Under the pieces are notes generated by a model, which was given only the letters and a program-made list of their open reading frames with translations, was not told where the DNA came from and did not search any database. Position numbers and translations under genes: made by a program. DNA of 64,000 bases, taken from contig CM082590.2 of assembly GCA_040954595.2 (NCBI GenBank), positions 124,001 to 188,000 on the forward strand, in the 5' to 3' direction. Origin of the DNA: Balanoglossus misakiensis (taxonomy: Eukaryota; Animalia; Hemichordata). How positions within the stretch are numbered: the stretch's first letter is position 1; every line of letters begins with the position of its first letter. Positions 29,422-41,788 of this stretch are shown here, piece by piece.

Positions 29422-29894
29422 TACTGTGTGCATAAAAAGGGGAATATAGATTAACAATTTCAATTAATCATTTATCAATAATTTATTAATCATATAATGA
29501 TATATAAAATTGTCACTACACTATTTATAATACTTAACTTATTTATTGATCAATATTTCTAAAATCTGTATTTATTGACATCAGAGAGAATATTCTGTGA
29601 ATGAATTTATCTTCAAACAAGCAATTACAATGAAATGGACACCTGTTCATTTAATTCAACTACAGACTGACTTTGTTATTTTTTAGAATATGTTTTAGTC
29701 AGCAATGATTTACAAATGTCACTATGCTTATTGTTTGTGAAGAAATTATTTATTAGATTACCTTATCATTGGTTTCTGATGACTCTTATGTGTATATACT
29801 TTAATATTACAGCTCAGTTTAATTTTTCTGCACATACCTAGTATACATTTTTCTATAAATACATGCAACCACAACCAGGCAGGAATGTGATCAA

Positions 29895-31921
29895 TCAATT
29901 AAAATCAACAACAGATTCGCACAGGTTTATCAGTGAACAGCAGACATGAACAATTTTGTCGATCATTGTGTTGCCCTCATCATCTTTGGAAAGAAACAAA
30001 TTAATAGGAAGTGTCCCACCCAAAATATTATACTTTTGTCTTGCCATCCCAATAACCCTTTCAACATGTATTCTAACATTGGCAATTCTTCTTGTTGTTT
30101 CTACATCTACAGCAGACAACTGACTTTTACCTTTTGTAAAACTAGGAATTTTCATTTGACCACACAAGCAACCCACACTCTCCTCAATATTAAACCCTTG
30201 CTCTGTCAGCAAGTATTAAATCCCCTGGTAATAAATTATCTAGAATCCCACTGTTTTCAGTAATATGTTTGTCACTAGCCCGCCCACCCCAAGCCCTGGA
30301 TATAAATGAGACAGTACCTTGAGGAGTGATTCCAATGAGAAACTTAATTGTGTTGTGGTGTTTATAAGAAGACCATGTTTCTGCCCGAGCTTTTAAATTT
30401 GATGACCTTTCTATGAATATTTCAAAACAATCGATTATCACAATGCATTTTTTACCAAAATATTTACGAAACTTCATGGGCATTGTTTTCTGCAAACTAC
30501 TGTAAATCGATCTGGCCAAAAGACAAACGGTTTCATTCTTACATACATGACATCAATTACAATATTAACAATTCTAGAAACTGAAGATAACGAAACGGAA
30601 AACTCATAAGACAAGAACTGAATTGGTAAATTAAAGCGTAACCTCATTAGTGTCATAATGAACATTCGAAATTTGTCGAGAGATGTGCGAGGGGGCAAGT
30701 AGTGTGCAATATAATTGTATAATGTAATTAAAACAGTAAAAGAAGATATCCCAGTCAAAAACTTCGCTTTCTCATCGTCGCCTTCAAAATATGCCTCCGA
30801 AAATCGACTTTCATGTTCTGACAGTTTCTGTTTCAATATAAGATTGTCTGATCTCAAATCGTGCAGCTCACTGGTCATACAGTCCAACATATACCCAGTG
30901 AGATCAGTTTGCGTTTCACGGCTACATTTGTTCGGGTCACTTTGGGGTTTGGGGGGTTTCTGTGCTTCCTCTAGCTCATATTCTTTCTGCTCCAATTTCC
31001 TCTTTCTTGTCTGTAATCTATCGTATCTGCCTAAAGCCTCAGCTGCCTTATCTGTATTCTTCCCTACATTAACTGTTGGAACCCAATCTGGGTTGTTTCT
31101 ATCGTACAAGTCTGCCTTTTTACCTAAGGGACAGGGGGTTGAGAGAGATGGATATGGGGAGAGAGAGAGAGAGAGAAATCTTGAACACTTGTTCTCCTTT
31201 CACATGGCATGACCTTTGACCCGCTAATGCTAGGGGCGCATTTGATTCCATTTCCTGATATTTCTGGATAATGGGTATGGCAACACATTTTAAAAAAAAA
31301 AAATACAAAACGAGGTATCACACTTCCAGGCAGGGGCCTAAATTTAGTGTAATCATTTTCAGCGTAAATTTGCATTGTTCCTACGCGTTGTCGAACCCAG
31401 CATTGAAACTGACCTGGTTTGACCCCGCGAATGTAAACAAAACACTTACAGAATTTTTTATAGAAAGAGTGCTGTGAGACCTTTACCAAATGAGTGCGAC
31501 TCCTCAAACAGCCGTAAAAATTCATAAAGTAAAGTTTTTTTCAGTCGACAGAAAGTATATCTGACTCTAAGCATCACCGGTACGGTTTATCGATACCGCC
31601 GCCGGCCGACGACGACAGCTCGCTGCCAGTGTAAGTTCAGTTGTGTTATCTGCAGATTCGCGTGTTTTTGTCGCGGCCAAATGCAAATCCGTAAATATTG
31701 TTGATGCCAAGTTGTGAAACATTTATTCGGTGTGTGATATAACAAGGTTTCAAAAGTTTCCAGTAAAACTTACCACTAAAAAAATGACTTGAACAAACCC
31801 GGACGTTGTCTAGGTTCTTATGATCAAAGTTTTGGCCGATCCTGGCTAACCATTCGCGCCGTCTCTCTTTTCACATTCTGGTCCTTGATTTGATATCACG
31901 GCAGGCAATCTATATAACTGC
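29895..31921 (-). pseudogene. ISL2EU-type transposase pseudogene, copy 8 (lacks the 7-bp insertion)
   Basis: The 211-aa ORF 30474-31109 is continuous through the site interrupted in copies 1-7; the 5-bp and 4-bp insertions are still present. Confidence 0.92.
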
Positions 31922-33884
31922 GAGAGAAAAAGAGAATCGTTATGTCCTACCACTAGGGGCGCACTAGATGCGATAAAGGTCGGGGAATCCCTAATGTTGA
32001 CCTTTGACCTGTCACCACACGTGTACTGTTTGTTGATACTGTGAGCCTGTCACGCGTACAGCCAGAAATTGCCTCAAACTTTCACCGAATCCGGTCAAGA
32101 AGCGCCCGTGGTTTCAATATAGGTTGCCTAAACTCCACACAAGTGCAAGGAGGAGACTGAATCCACAGGAAAATGACAGTAAGATTGTATTTTTGCATGA
32201 TGTTTACAGTCATGTTGTGATTGTTTACATGCCGAGCGCTAGGGGTAGGGCATATGTTTAGGGCACCCAACAACAGCGTGCCGAGCAGAGCTGAGATAGC
32301 CGTAGCCGTCCAACCTTCCGACAGCGTGAAATATAGGGTTCGAAGGGGCCTGGCTCCGATAATTTTCTGTTTTGTCCGCGTCTTCGACAACAACACACTC
32401 CTGCGGTGTTGGAGTGAACGCAGTAGAAATCCGTCGTGTGCTCAAATCTCTGTTTTCCGGATCAAAATAACCGTATAACAAAACTGTTTTTTCAGTGATA
32501 AAATTACCCCTGTTTAATAATAACATTGTGAAACAAATATATAAACTTCAATAACGGTTACAAATGAGATGACCGCTTCGCTGTTAATGTAACTTGTAAG
32601 TGGTTAGACCTTCGTTGAAAATTTTCAATCGGTGTGTAATAATAGTAGGTGGGTCGACACCATGGTTCAGGGTTTGAATCGTTTTAATAGCTGTTTATTT
32701 CTCGAGCATTATCTCAGTTGTTTACAAAACCATCAGTTCTGTGGGGAAAAAAGAATAAACATGATGTAATGTTTTGAAAGTAGTAACATACATAATTACC
32801 ATAATGAAATGCACATTGTGTACTCAGTGTATATTTCAGGGTATTTCTGTGATATGTAAACATTCCGTCAGATGATGATTTTTATTTTGAGAAATTCTAC
32901 AAAATGTTCAGTAATAACCTCTGTGAGCCCAAATTTCCCCTGGAGGCTTAAATTTTGGGTTATATTTTTAACTAATCTTGACAATTAAGACCTGGAATGA
33001 TTTGTGAACGTACAAAGTACTTCTTTGTTAGTGCCATCTTGCCAGAATTTGTGGGTAAATTTTTCACAAGGACATCAACACGCAAACCAACATAGAATCT
33101 TGTCACTGCAGATTTGTTTATTTTTGTAATGTGGTGTATTCTGTAGCAGAACTTTCATGTGCACAGCAAATGAAAGTACAACAGAATACTCCACATCATG
33201 AGTGAAAATAACTTCTGCATGGGGCAGGCTACAAATCGTGCATCATGTGTTATTTTATTATGGCCATGTAGTGTCTTGTCCAGGGTCATAACATTGTCTC
33301 ATGAGAACTGTACTAGTACTTCGTACTCATAGAATTTTGGAAAACTGATATTGTGCTGTTGCAATTAGTGTGTGTTTACTGTCTATATATTCCCTCACAA
33401 TGAGCAATATGTAGACTCTGTCAACCATGTAATTTGTTTTTTTCCCTATACCATATGATTCAGTCTTAGCCAATCCAAAGTATGAAATACTGTGTGCATA
33501 AAAAGGGGAATATAGATTAACAATTTCAATTAATCATTTGTCAATAATTTATTAATCATATAATGATATATAAAATTGTCACTACACTATTTATAATACT
33601 TAACTTATTTATTGATCAATATTTCTAAAATCTGTATTTATTGACATCAGAGAGAATATTCTGTGAATGAATTTATCTTCAAACAAGCAATTACAATGAA
33701 ATGGACACCTGTTCATTTAATTCAACTACAGACTGACTTTGTTATTTTTTAGAATATGTTTTAGTCAGCAATGATTTACAAATGTCACTATGCTTATTGT
33801 TTGTGAAGAAATTATTTATTAGATTACCTTATCATTGGTTTCTGATGACTCTTATGTGTATATACATTAATATTACAGCTCAGT

Positions 33885-36010
33885 TTAATTTTTCTGCACA
33901 TACCTAGTATACATTTTTCTATAAATACATGCAACCACAACCAGGTTCATCAGTGAACAGCAGACATGAACAATTTTGTCGATCATTGTGTTGCCCTCAT
34001 CATCTTTGGAAAGAAACAAATTAATAGGAAGTGTCCCACCCATAATATTATACTTTTGTCTTGCCATCCCAATAACCCTTTCAACATGTATTCTAACATT
34101 GGCAATTCTTCTTGTTGTTTCTACATCTACAGCAGACAATTGACTTTTACCTTTTGTAAAACTAGGAATTTTCATTTGAGCACACAAGCAACCCACACTC
34201 TCCTCAATATTAAACCCTCTGTCAGCAAGTATTAAATCCCCTGGTAATAAATTATCTAGAATCCCACTGTTTTCTGTAATATGTTTGTCACTAGCCCGCC
34301 CACCCCAAGCCCTGGATATAAATGAGACAGTACCTTGAGGAGTGATTCCAATGAGAAACTTAATTGTGTTGTGGTGTTTATAAGAAGACCATGTTTCTGC
34401 CCGAGCTTTTAAATTTGATGACCTTTCTATGAATATTTCAAAACAATCGATTATCACAATGCATTTTTTACCAAAATGTTTACAAAACTTCATGGGCATT
34501 GTTTTCTGCAAACTAAATCGATCTGGCCAAAAGACAAACGGTTTCATTCTTACATACATGACATCAATTACAATATTAACAATTCTAGAAACTGAAGATA
34601 ACGAAACGGAAAACTCATAAGACAAGAACTGAATTGGTAAATTAAAGCGTAACCTCATTAGTGTCATAATGAACATTCGAAATTTGTCGAGAGATGTGCG
34701 AGGGGGCAAGTAGTGTGCAATATAATTGTATAATGTAATTAAAACAGTAAAAGAAGATATACCAGTCAAAAACTTCGCTTTCTCATCGTCGCCTTCAAAA
34801 TATGCCTCCGAAAATCGACTTTCATGTTCTGACAGTTTCTGTTTCAATATAAGATTGTCTGATCTCAAATCCTGCAGCTCACTGGTCATACAGTCCAACA
34901 TATACCCAGTGAGATCAGTTTGCGTTTCACGGCTACATTTGTTCGGGTCACTTTGGGGTTTGGGGGGTTTCTGTGCTTCCTCTAGCTCATATTCTTTCTG
35001 CTCCAATTTCCCCTTTCTTGTCTGTAATCTATCGTATCTGCCTAAAGCCTCAGCTGCCTTATCTGTATTCTTCCCTACATTAACTGTTGGAACCCAATCT
35101 GGGTTGTTTCTATCGTACAAGTCTGCCTTTTTACCTAAGGGACAGGGGGTTGAGAGAGATGGATATGGGGAGAGAGAGAGAGAGAGAAATCTAGAACACT
35201 TGTTCTCCTTTCACATGGCATGACCTTTGACCCGCTAATGCTAGGGGCGCATTTGATTCCATTTCCTGATATTTCTGGATAATGGGTATGGCAACACATT
35301 TTTAAAAAAAAAATACAAAACGAGGTATCACACTTCCAGGCAGGGGCCTAAATTTAGTGTAATCATTTTCAGCGTAAATTTGCATTGTTCCTACGCGTTG
35401 TCGAACCCAGCATTGAAACTGACCTGGTTTGACCCCGCGAATGTAAACAAAACACTTACAGAATTTTTTATAGAAAGAGTGCTGTGAGACCTTTACCAAA
35501 TGAGTGCGACTCCTCAAACAGCCGTAAAAATTCATAAAGTAAAGTTTTTTTCAGTCGACAGAAATGCATGTCCGTGACCAACAAGTATATCTGACTCTAA
35601 GCATCACCGGTACGGTTTATCGATACCGCCGCCGGCCGACGACGACAGCTCGCTGCCAGTGTAAGTTCAGTTGTGTTATCTGCAGATTCGCGTGTTTTTG
35701 TCGCGGCCAAATGCAAATCCGTAAATATTGTTGATGCCAAGTTGTGAAACATTTATTCGGTGTGTGATATAACAAGGTTTCAAAAGTTTCCAGTAAAACT
35801 TACCACTAAAAAAATGACTTGAACAAACCCGGACGTTGTCTAGGTTCTTATGATCAAAGTTTTGGCCGATCCTGGCTAACCATTCGCACCGTCTCTCTTT
35901 TCACATTCTGGTCCTTGATTTGATATCATGGCAGGCAATCTATAAAACTGCAAGTGGGTTTCCCTATCCTTTCGATGGGAACATCCAAAAACGCTGCATT
36001 TGACAACCAT
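33885..36010 (-). pseudogene. ISL2EU-type THAP-HTH-DDE transposase, terminal near-complete copy 9 (exon 1 36010-35804, intron 35803-35135, exon 2 35134-33885)
   Basis: Exon 1 reads MVVKCSVFGCSHRKDRETHLQFYRLP...[frameshift]...RRCEWLARIG...RVCSSHFFS (THAP C2CH). A phase-1 GT-AG intron (G|gtaagt ... cccttag|GT) joins it to [17 protein letters not shown], followed by an open DDE frame. A 46-bp deletion near 33945 replaces the native C-terminus. Confidence 0.92.
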
Positions 36011-36987
36011 TGTAAAAAGAATGGGCGGTCGCAAGTGTTGGTTGCGACGTAAACAATACACTCAAATGTCGCGCCAGCGCTAGAGTTTAAAGTCAACACC
36101 AGCGACTACGTACACAGGTAAAAATTCAAGTTTGAGTTCAAAGCACTTGGAAAACATGGTTTGGTTGTACGTTGGTGAAGTTTCAAAGGCCGAGGATTGT
36201 CTTATGCACATGTGCCTAATTTAGTGTATACAAACATTGCATCCAATCCATATGTTCTTCAAATTTTGCATTCAAAATGTGGACTGCCTTCGCTTCCTTC
36301 CATAATTCATGCACACCGTACAAGTAAACTTAAGTTTTGTCCATTCTTTTCACCCAATTTGCTGTCTTTTCCCGATCTCTGACATAGAATATGTCGCCGC
36401 CATCTTGTCTGTTGTTAGGACAGCACACTGCCTTGTGGCATTGACTGTGTACATTTTTTGTAATCAGAGTCTCTGGTTCGGCACATGTGCATTAGATGAT
36501 TGTCGCCCTTTAAACCCCGGTGAGGGGTATAAAAGACCCCCCAAATCAGTGGCGAACCTTAATGCCATTTGACTGACAACAGACAACACCAACGATCTTG
36601 GCTCTATGAAAATCGGCCCAAACAGGTCCAAGCATAAAGAATTACACCACACAACGACAGAAGTTGGCTTTATAAACACACACAGCATAAAGTTATCGAC
36701 GAAAAATACACGAGCTTTTGAAACAACGATGATTTTGGGAGAAATCTGGTTTCAGTGCTTTTCAGAAGCGTCCCTGGGAAACAATAACCACGCCATTCAA
36801 ACAGCTGTCAATCGCATAGAGGTGTAAAGTGTTCAATTATTTTCTATGTACATGAGATCAATTACACAGTCATTATGCACGACGACCACTCCCAAATAAA
36901 CAACTATACAAACACACGTTAATCCGAATCCCCGGTCTTTCTGTCTTTACTTTAATACAAGAGTATTTGATATTTTGATATCAACAG

Positions 36988-38336
36988 ATACCAACCACCA
37001 CAGCTGGCGATTTCCAACCTGTACTGGAAGGGCTGGTTGCTTTTACTTGTTGTTTCAGCATTTAACCCGGCAAACATTGGTAAGTTTCAACTATGGACTC
37101 ACATTCAATCAAATTCAATGTTCATTGCTAAGACATCATTCTGTAGATAGTGTCACATCTTGTTTTCAAAATCACAGAAATGATTTGATTTCTCTCTTTC
37201 AGGCCACAAAGCATGGGAGGAGTATCCGATGTTGAAGTGTATGATGGAAATGTGTATGACAAAGTGAGTGCCTTATTATGTATATGGAACTTTGAGGGTG
37301 TCAGGGATTGTACTCAAAGAACTTGACTTAGAATTCAGTATAAATACATGTAGACGTGTCCCTGTCTGTATACAGACAAGACTTCACTTGTCATATCATT
37401 TGCATTTATCCCTTTATTGATTTAGCTTGCCAAAATGGAGAAACAAGATATCTTGGAGTTTGAAAGTCATTTGGCAGCAGCCTCCACTCATATGCATATT
37501 GATGAGAGCACTAGTTTGTTGCTGGCTCAGTTAACAGGAATGGATCCACAGTAAGTTTGACTTTTTATTCAGTCAACATGCGCCCAGATAAACGATTTCA
37601 CGTCTAGAAATTGGAACCTAGCACATCATAAGACCTAATTCTGTATTCTGTGGATTTTTGGACTACAGCTGGAAATTCTTGAGCGATCGCAATCTGAACA
37701 TACTGAAAAGCGTACAATCCGTTGGCTATACAATTTTAACGCTGTACTGCAGTAGTGGGCCGATGATGTGATTTTAATCTACGAGTTTCAAGTCTTGTGA
37801 AATAATGTGGCCTCACATATCTATAACCCAACAAAATTGCATCTGATTTTGATATTACATGACGCTCTGTTGAGATAGTCCACTGATTCAGCACATTCTC
37901 AAAAATAGTTCTGGGCACACAGTGAAAAACTGTTTCTATATTTTCACCAGTGAAAATACAAGCTCATATCTTCACCGTTAGAACAATAGCACAGTGGCAA
38001 ATGCAGGCGTTGCATGTATGATAAATTGACAGTCTTAGGACCATCAAAAGAGCATTTATGCACAGGGACTGTTTTGAAAGCAATGGTTCAAACAGACTTT
38101 AAAAATAAGTACCAACACATGAACACAGCTGGAATATACTGGGTTTTCAAACCCCCATTGTGGCAACCGGAATGTCTGATACCTGTCCTTGATTTCTTCC
38201 TCACAGTGGTGTTGCAAGAAGACTGCCCTCACAGGTCATGGAACAGTTGAAGAATCTCAACCAAACCTTGAAGATCGGTCATTTGCTGTGCAGAAGCTGA
38301 GGACCAGACTTCCTCCTGGATGTCATCCAACGTCAG
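36988..38336 (+). pseudogene. INTS1: Integrator complex subunit 1 gene fragment, 4 exons (36988-37079, 37203-37263, 37426-37550, 38207-38336), unit B1
   Basis: Exons bounded by AG/GT translate YQPPQLAISNLYWKGWLLLLVVSAFNPANI|GHKAWEEYPMLKCMMEMCMT|LAKMEKQDILEFESHLAAASTHMHIDESTSLLLAQLTGMDP|GVARRLPSQVMEQLKNLNQTLKIGHLLCRS*GPDFLLDVIQRQ. This is colinear with INTS1 as I recall it (YQPPNLAISTLYWKAW...AFNPENIG..AWEEYPTLK...EKQEILAFEGHLAAAST...GHLLCRSRNPDFLL.IIQRQ). TGA at 38298-38300; one exon is missing. Confidence 0.92.
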
Positions 38337-38395
38337 GTAAAAATGTCAGCTTACAGCTGTTGAAAGCCAAAGACTCAAATTGAGCATTGTGGCTT

Positions 38396-38991
38396 TTTAG
38401 GTCCCATTGGGACCTTATAGGATTGGTTGCATCTGTATCTATCTATGTATGGATGTATGTCTGTCCGTCCGTCCACATCAAAAACGTGAAAACCACTGTG
38501 CATATCACCTCAATATTTTTATTTTGAGTCAACTGACCAATATTCAAATGTTGACAGAAATATTTTCCGATTACCAACTTCCTGAGATAGAAAATCACTC
38601 AAGTTTACAGACGTACATAATAAACGATATGCAGCCTTTAAATCCTATCATTCGGTATTTTGAGAAATTACAAAATAAAAGTTGATCCAACAATTTTAGA
38701 ATGGGTGCAATATCGTGTGTACAAACATTACGTCCAATCCAAATGTTCAGCAAATTTTGCATTTGACACATTCAAAATAGTGGACTGCCTTTGCTTCCTT
38801 CCATATTTTATGCACAGCGTATAATCAGACTTTAGTTTTGTCCTGTCTTTTCACCCATTATTTGTTCTCTTTTCCTGATCTCCGACAGAGACTATGGTTG
38901 CCACCATCTTGTCCGTTGTTAGGACAGCATACTGCCTTATGGCACTGACTATATACAATTATTGTAACCATAGTCTCTGGTTTCGCACATG
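38396..38991 (+). mobile_element. Probable Helentron-associated/DINE-like non-autonomous repeat; right boundary uncertain; present in each B unit
   Basis: Begins in a T-run with the palindrome ggtcccattgggacc, followed by a (TATC/TATG/GTCC)n microsatellite. Segment 38716-38991 is a diverged paralog of 36225-36488. Confidence 0.45.
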
Positions 38992-39160
38992 GTAAATTTT
39001 ATCAAAATTATTGCTGCGGGCCCTACATTTCCTTTGCAAAAGAATTAAAACTGCATTGTATAGCAAACGAAAATTCTGTAACTTCCCAAATCCTGATCTC
39101 AGGGTTTCAACATTTCTTGGAATTTCTTGAGTTTGTAAAATTTGCTGGAAAGTACTTGAT

Positions 39161-39216
39161 TGTCCTACAAAATTGAAATTTGTCCTACAAAATTGAAATT
39201 TATCCTACAAAATTGA
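39161..39216. repeat. 20-bp minisatellite x~3 (tgtcctacaaaattgaaatt), in every complete B unit
   Basis: Direct reading; the third repeat is the BEL target site in unit B3. Confidence 0.9.
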
Positions 39217-40439
39217 TTTACCACCTGTGCTGTCTTAAAATGTCACTTGTCATAGAAAGCTTTATCAATTACTTCTGGAGAACAGCATTGCTGATTTTAA
39301 AAACTTGAAAACTGGTGAGAAAATTCTTGTAAACTTCTGGAATTTTATGTTTGTGAACTACTGGTATGTAACTACAATAACAGGTTTCTTTCCTTGGGAT
39401 CAGCTCACTCCATAACAATATGTTTTTGTTTTGTTTTTTTACATCAGAAACTGAAGTCTTACAGACTTTCCATGAACAGGTTTCTGTCATTCAAAGAGTT
39501 TCTGTTTGGTGGCTGCACACCATAGTACCAACAATGTTTAAAGTCAACACCAGCGACTACGTACGCAGGTAACAATTCAAGTTTGAGTTCAAAGCACTTG
39601 GAAAACATGGTTTGGTTGTACGTTGGTGAAGTTTCAAAAGCCGAGGATTGTCTTATGCACATGTGCCTAATTTTGTGTATACAAACATTGCATCCAATCC
39701 ATATGTTCTTCAAATTTTGCATTCAAAATGTGGACTGCCTTCGCTTCCTTCCATAATTCATGCACACCGTACAAGTAGACTTAAGTTTTGTCCCTTCTTT
39801 TCACCCAATTTGCTGTCTTTTCCCGATCTCTGACATAGAATATGTCGCCGCCATCTTGTCTGTTGTTAGGACAGCACACTGCCTTGTGGCATTGACTGTG
39901 TACATTTTTTGTAATCAGAGTCTCTGGTTCGGCACATGTGCATTAGATGATTGTCGCCCTTTAAACCCCGGTGAGGGGTATAAAAGACCCCCCAAATCAG
40001 TGGCGAACCTTAATGCCATTTGACTGACAACAGACAACACCAACGATCTTGGCTCTATGAAAATCGGCCCAAACAGGTCCAAGCATAAAGAATTACACCA
40101 CACAACGACAGAAGTTGGCTTTATAAACACACACAGCATAAAGTTATCGACGAAAAATACACGAGCTTTTGAAACAACGATGATTTTGGGAGAAATCTGG
40201 TTTCAGTGCTTTTCAGAAGCGTCCCTGGGAAACAATAACCACGCCATTCAAACAGCTGTCAATCGCATAGAGGTGTAAAGTGTTCAATTATTTTCTATGT
40301 ACATGAGATCAATTACACAGTCATTATGCACGACGACCACTCCCAAATAAACAACTATACAAACACACGTTAATCCGAATCCCCGGTCTTTCTGTCTTTA
40401 CTTTTAATACAAGAGTATTTGATATTTTGATATCAACAG

Positions 40440-41788
40440 ATACCAACCACCACAGCTGGCGATTTCCAACCTGTACTGGAAGGGCTGGTTGCTTTTACTT
40501 GTTGTTTCAGCATTTAACCCGGCAAACATTGGTAAGTTTCAACTATGGACTCACATTCAATCAAATTCAATGTTCATTGCTAAGACATCATTCTGTAGAT
40601 AGTGTCACATCTTGTTTTCAAAATCACAGAAATGATTTGATTTCTCTCTTTCAGGCCACAAAGCATGGGAGGAGTATCCGATGTTGAAGTGTATGATGGA
40701 AATGTGTATGACAAAGTGAGTGCCTTATTATGTATATGGAACTTTGAGGGTGTCAGGGATTGTACTCAAAGAACTTGACTTAGAATTCAGTATAAATACA
40801 TGTAGACGTGTCCCTGTCTGTATACAGACAAGACTTCACTTGTCATATCATTTGCATTTATCCCTTTTTTGATTTAGCTTGCCAAAATGGAGAAACAAGA
40901 TATCTTGGAGTTTGAAAGTCATTTGGCAGCAGCCTCCACTCATATGCATATTGATGAGAGCACTAGTTTGTTGCTGGCTCAGTTATCAGGAATGGATCCA
41001 CAGTAAGTTTGACTTTTTATTCAGTCAACATGCGCCCAGATAAACGATTTCACGTCTAGAAATTGGAACCTAGCACATTATAAGACCTAATTCTGTATTC
41101 TGTGGATTTTTGGACTACAGCTGGAAATTCTTGAGCGATCGCAATCTGAACATACTGAAAAGCGTACAATCCGTTGGCTATACAATTTTAACGCTGTACT
41201 GCAGTAGTGGGCCGATGATGTGATTTTAATCTACGAGTTTCAAGTCTTGTGAAATAATGTGGCCTCACATATCTATAACCCAACAAAATTGCATCTGATT
41301 TTGATATTACATGACGCTCTGTTGAGATAGTCCACTGATTCAGCACATTCTCAAAAATAGTTCTGGGCACACAGTGAAAATCTGTTTCTGTATTTTCACC
41401 AGTGAAAATACAAGCTCATATCTTCACCGTTAGAACAATAGCACAGTGGCAAATGCAGGCGTTGCATGTATGATAAATTGACAGTCTTAGGACCATCAAA
41501 AGAGCATTTATGCACAGGGACTGTTTTGAAAGCAATGGTTCAAACAGACTTTAAAAATAAGTACCAACACATGAACACAGCTGGAATATACTGGGTTTCC
41601 AAACCCCCATTGTGGCAACCGGAATGTCTGATACCTGTCCTTGATTTCTTCCTCACAGTGGTGTTGCAAGAAGACTGCCCTCACAGGTCATGGAACAGTT
41701 GAAGAATCTCAACCAAACCTTGAAGATCGGTCATTTGCTGTGCAGAAGCTGAGGACCAGACTTCCTCCTGGATGTCATCCAACGTCAG
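40440..41788 (+). pseudogene. INTS1: INTS1 4-exon fragment, unit B2
   Basis: Near-identical to B1, with the same TGA. Confidence 0.9.

Larger units (their letters stand above)
1..36084. repeat. Tandem macrosatellite array A, ~4071-4075-bp unit derived from an ISL2EU-type transposon; runs off the left edge
   Basis: The same ORF set recurs at 149, 4220, 8293, 12368, 16439, 20512, 25363, 29895 and 33885. Periods are 4071/4073/4075/4071/4073, and the longer periods are explained exactly by insertions (778; 439+20). Unit junctions follow 2180, 6253, 10328, 14399, 18472, 22545, 27416 and 31921. Confidence 0.98.

Noticed and set aside
33885-35120. 411-aa ORF as an intact active transposase
   Set aside because: It starts at TTG inside exon 2, exon 1 is frameshifted and the native C-terminus is deleted.
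37059-37079. Apparent 21-nt microexon after tttcag
   Set aside because: INTS1 similarity extends upstream in frame to the acceptor at 36987, so it is part of a 92-nt exon.
36197-39722. Short 60-92-aa ORFs in array B as genes
   Set aside because: They are off-frame or intronic; the real coding signal is the spliced INTS1 frame.
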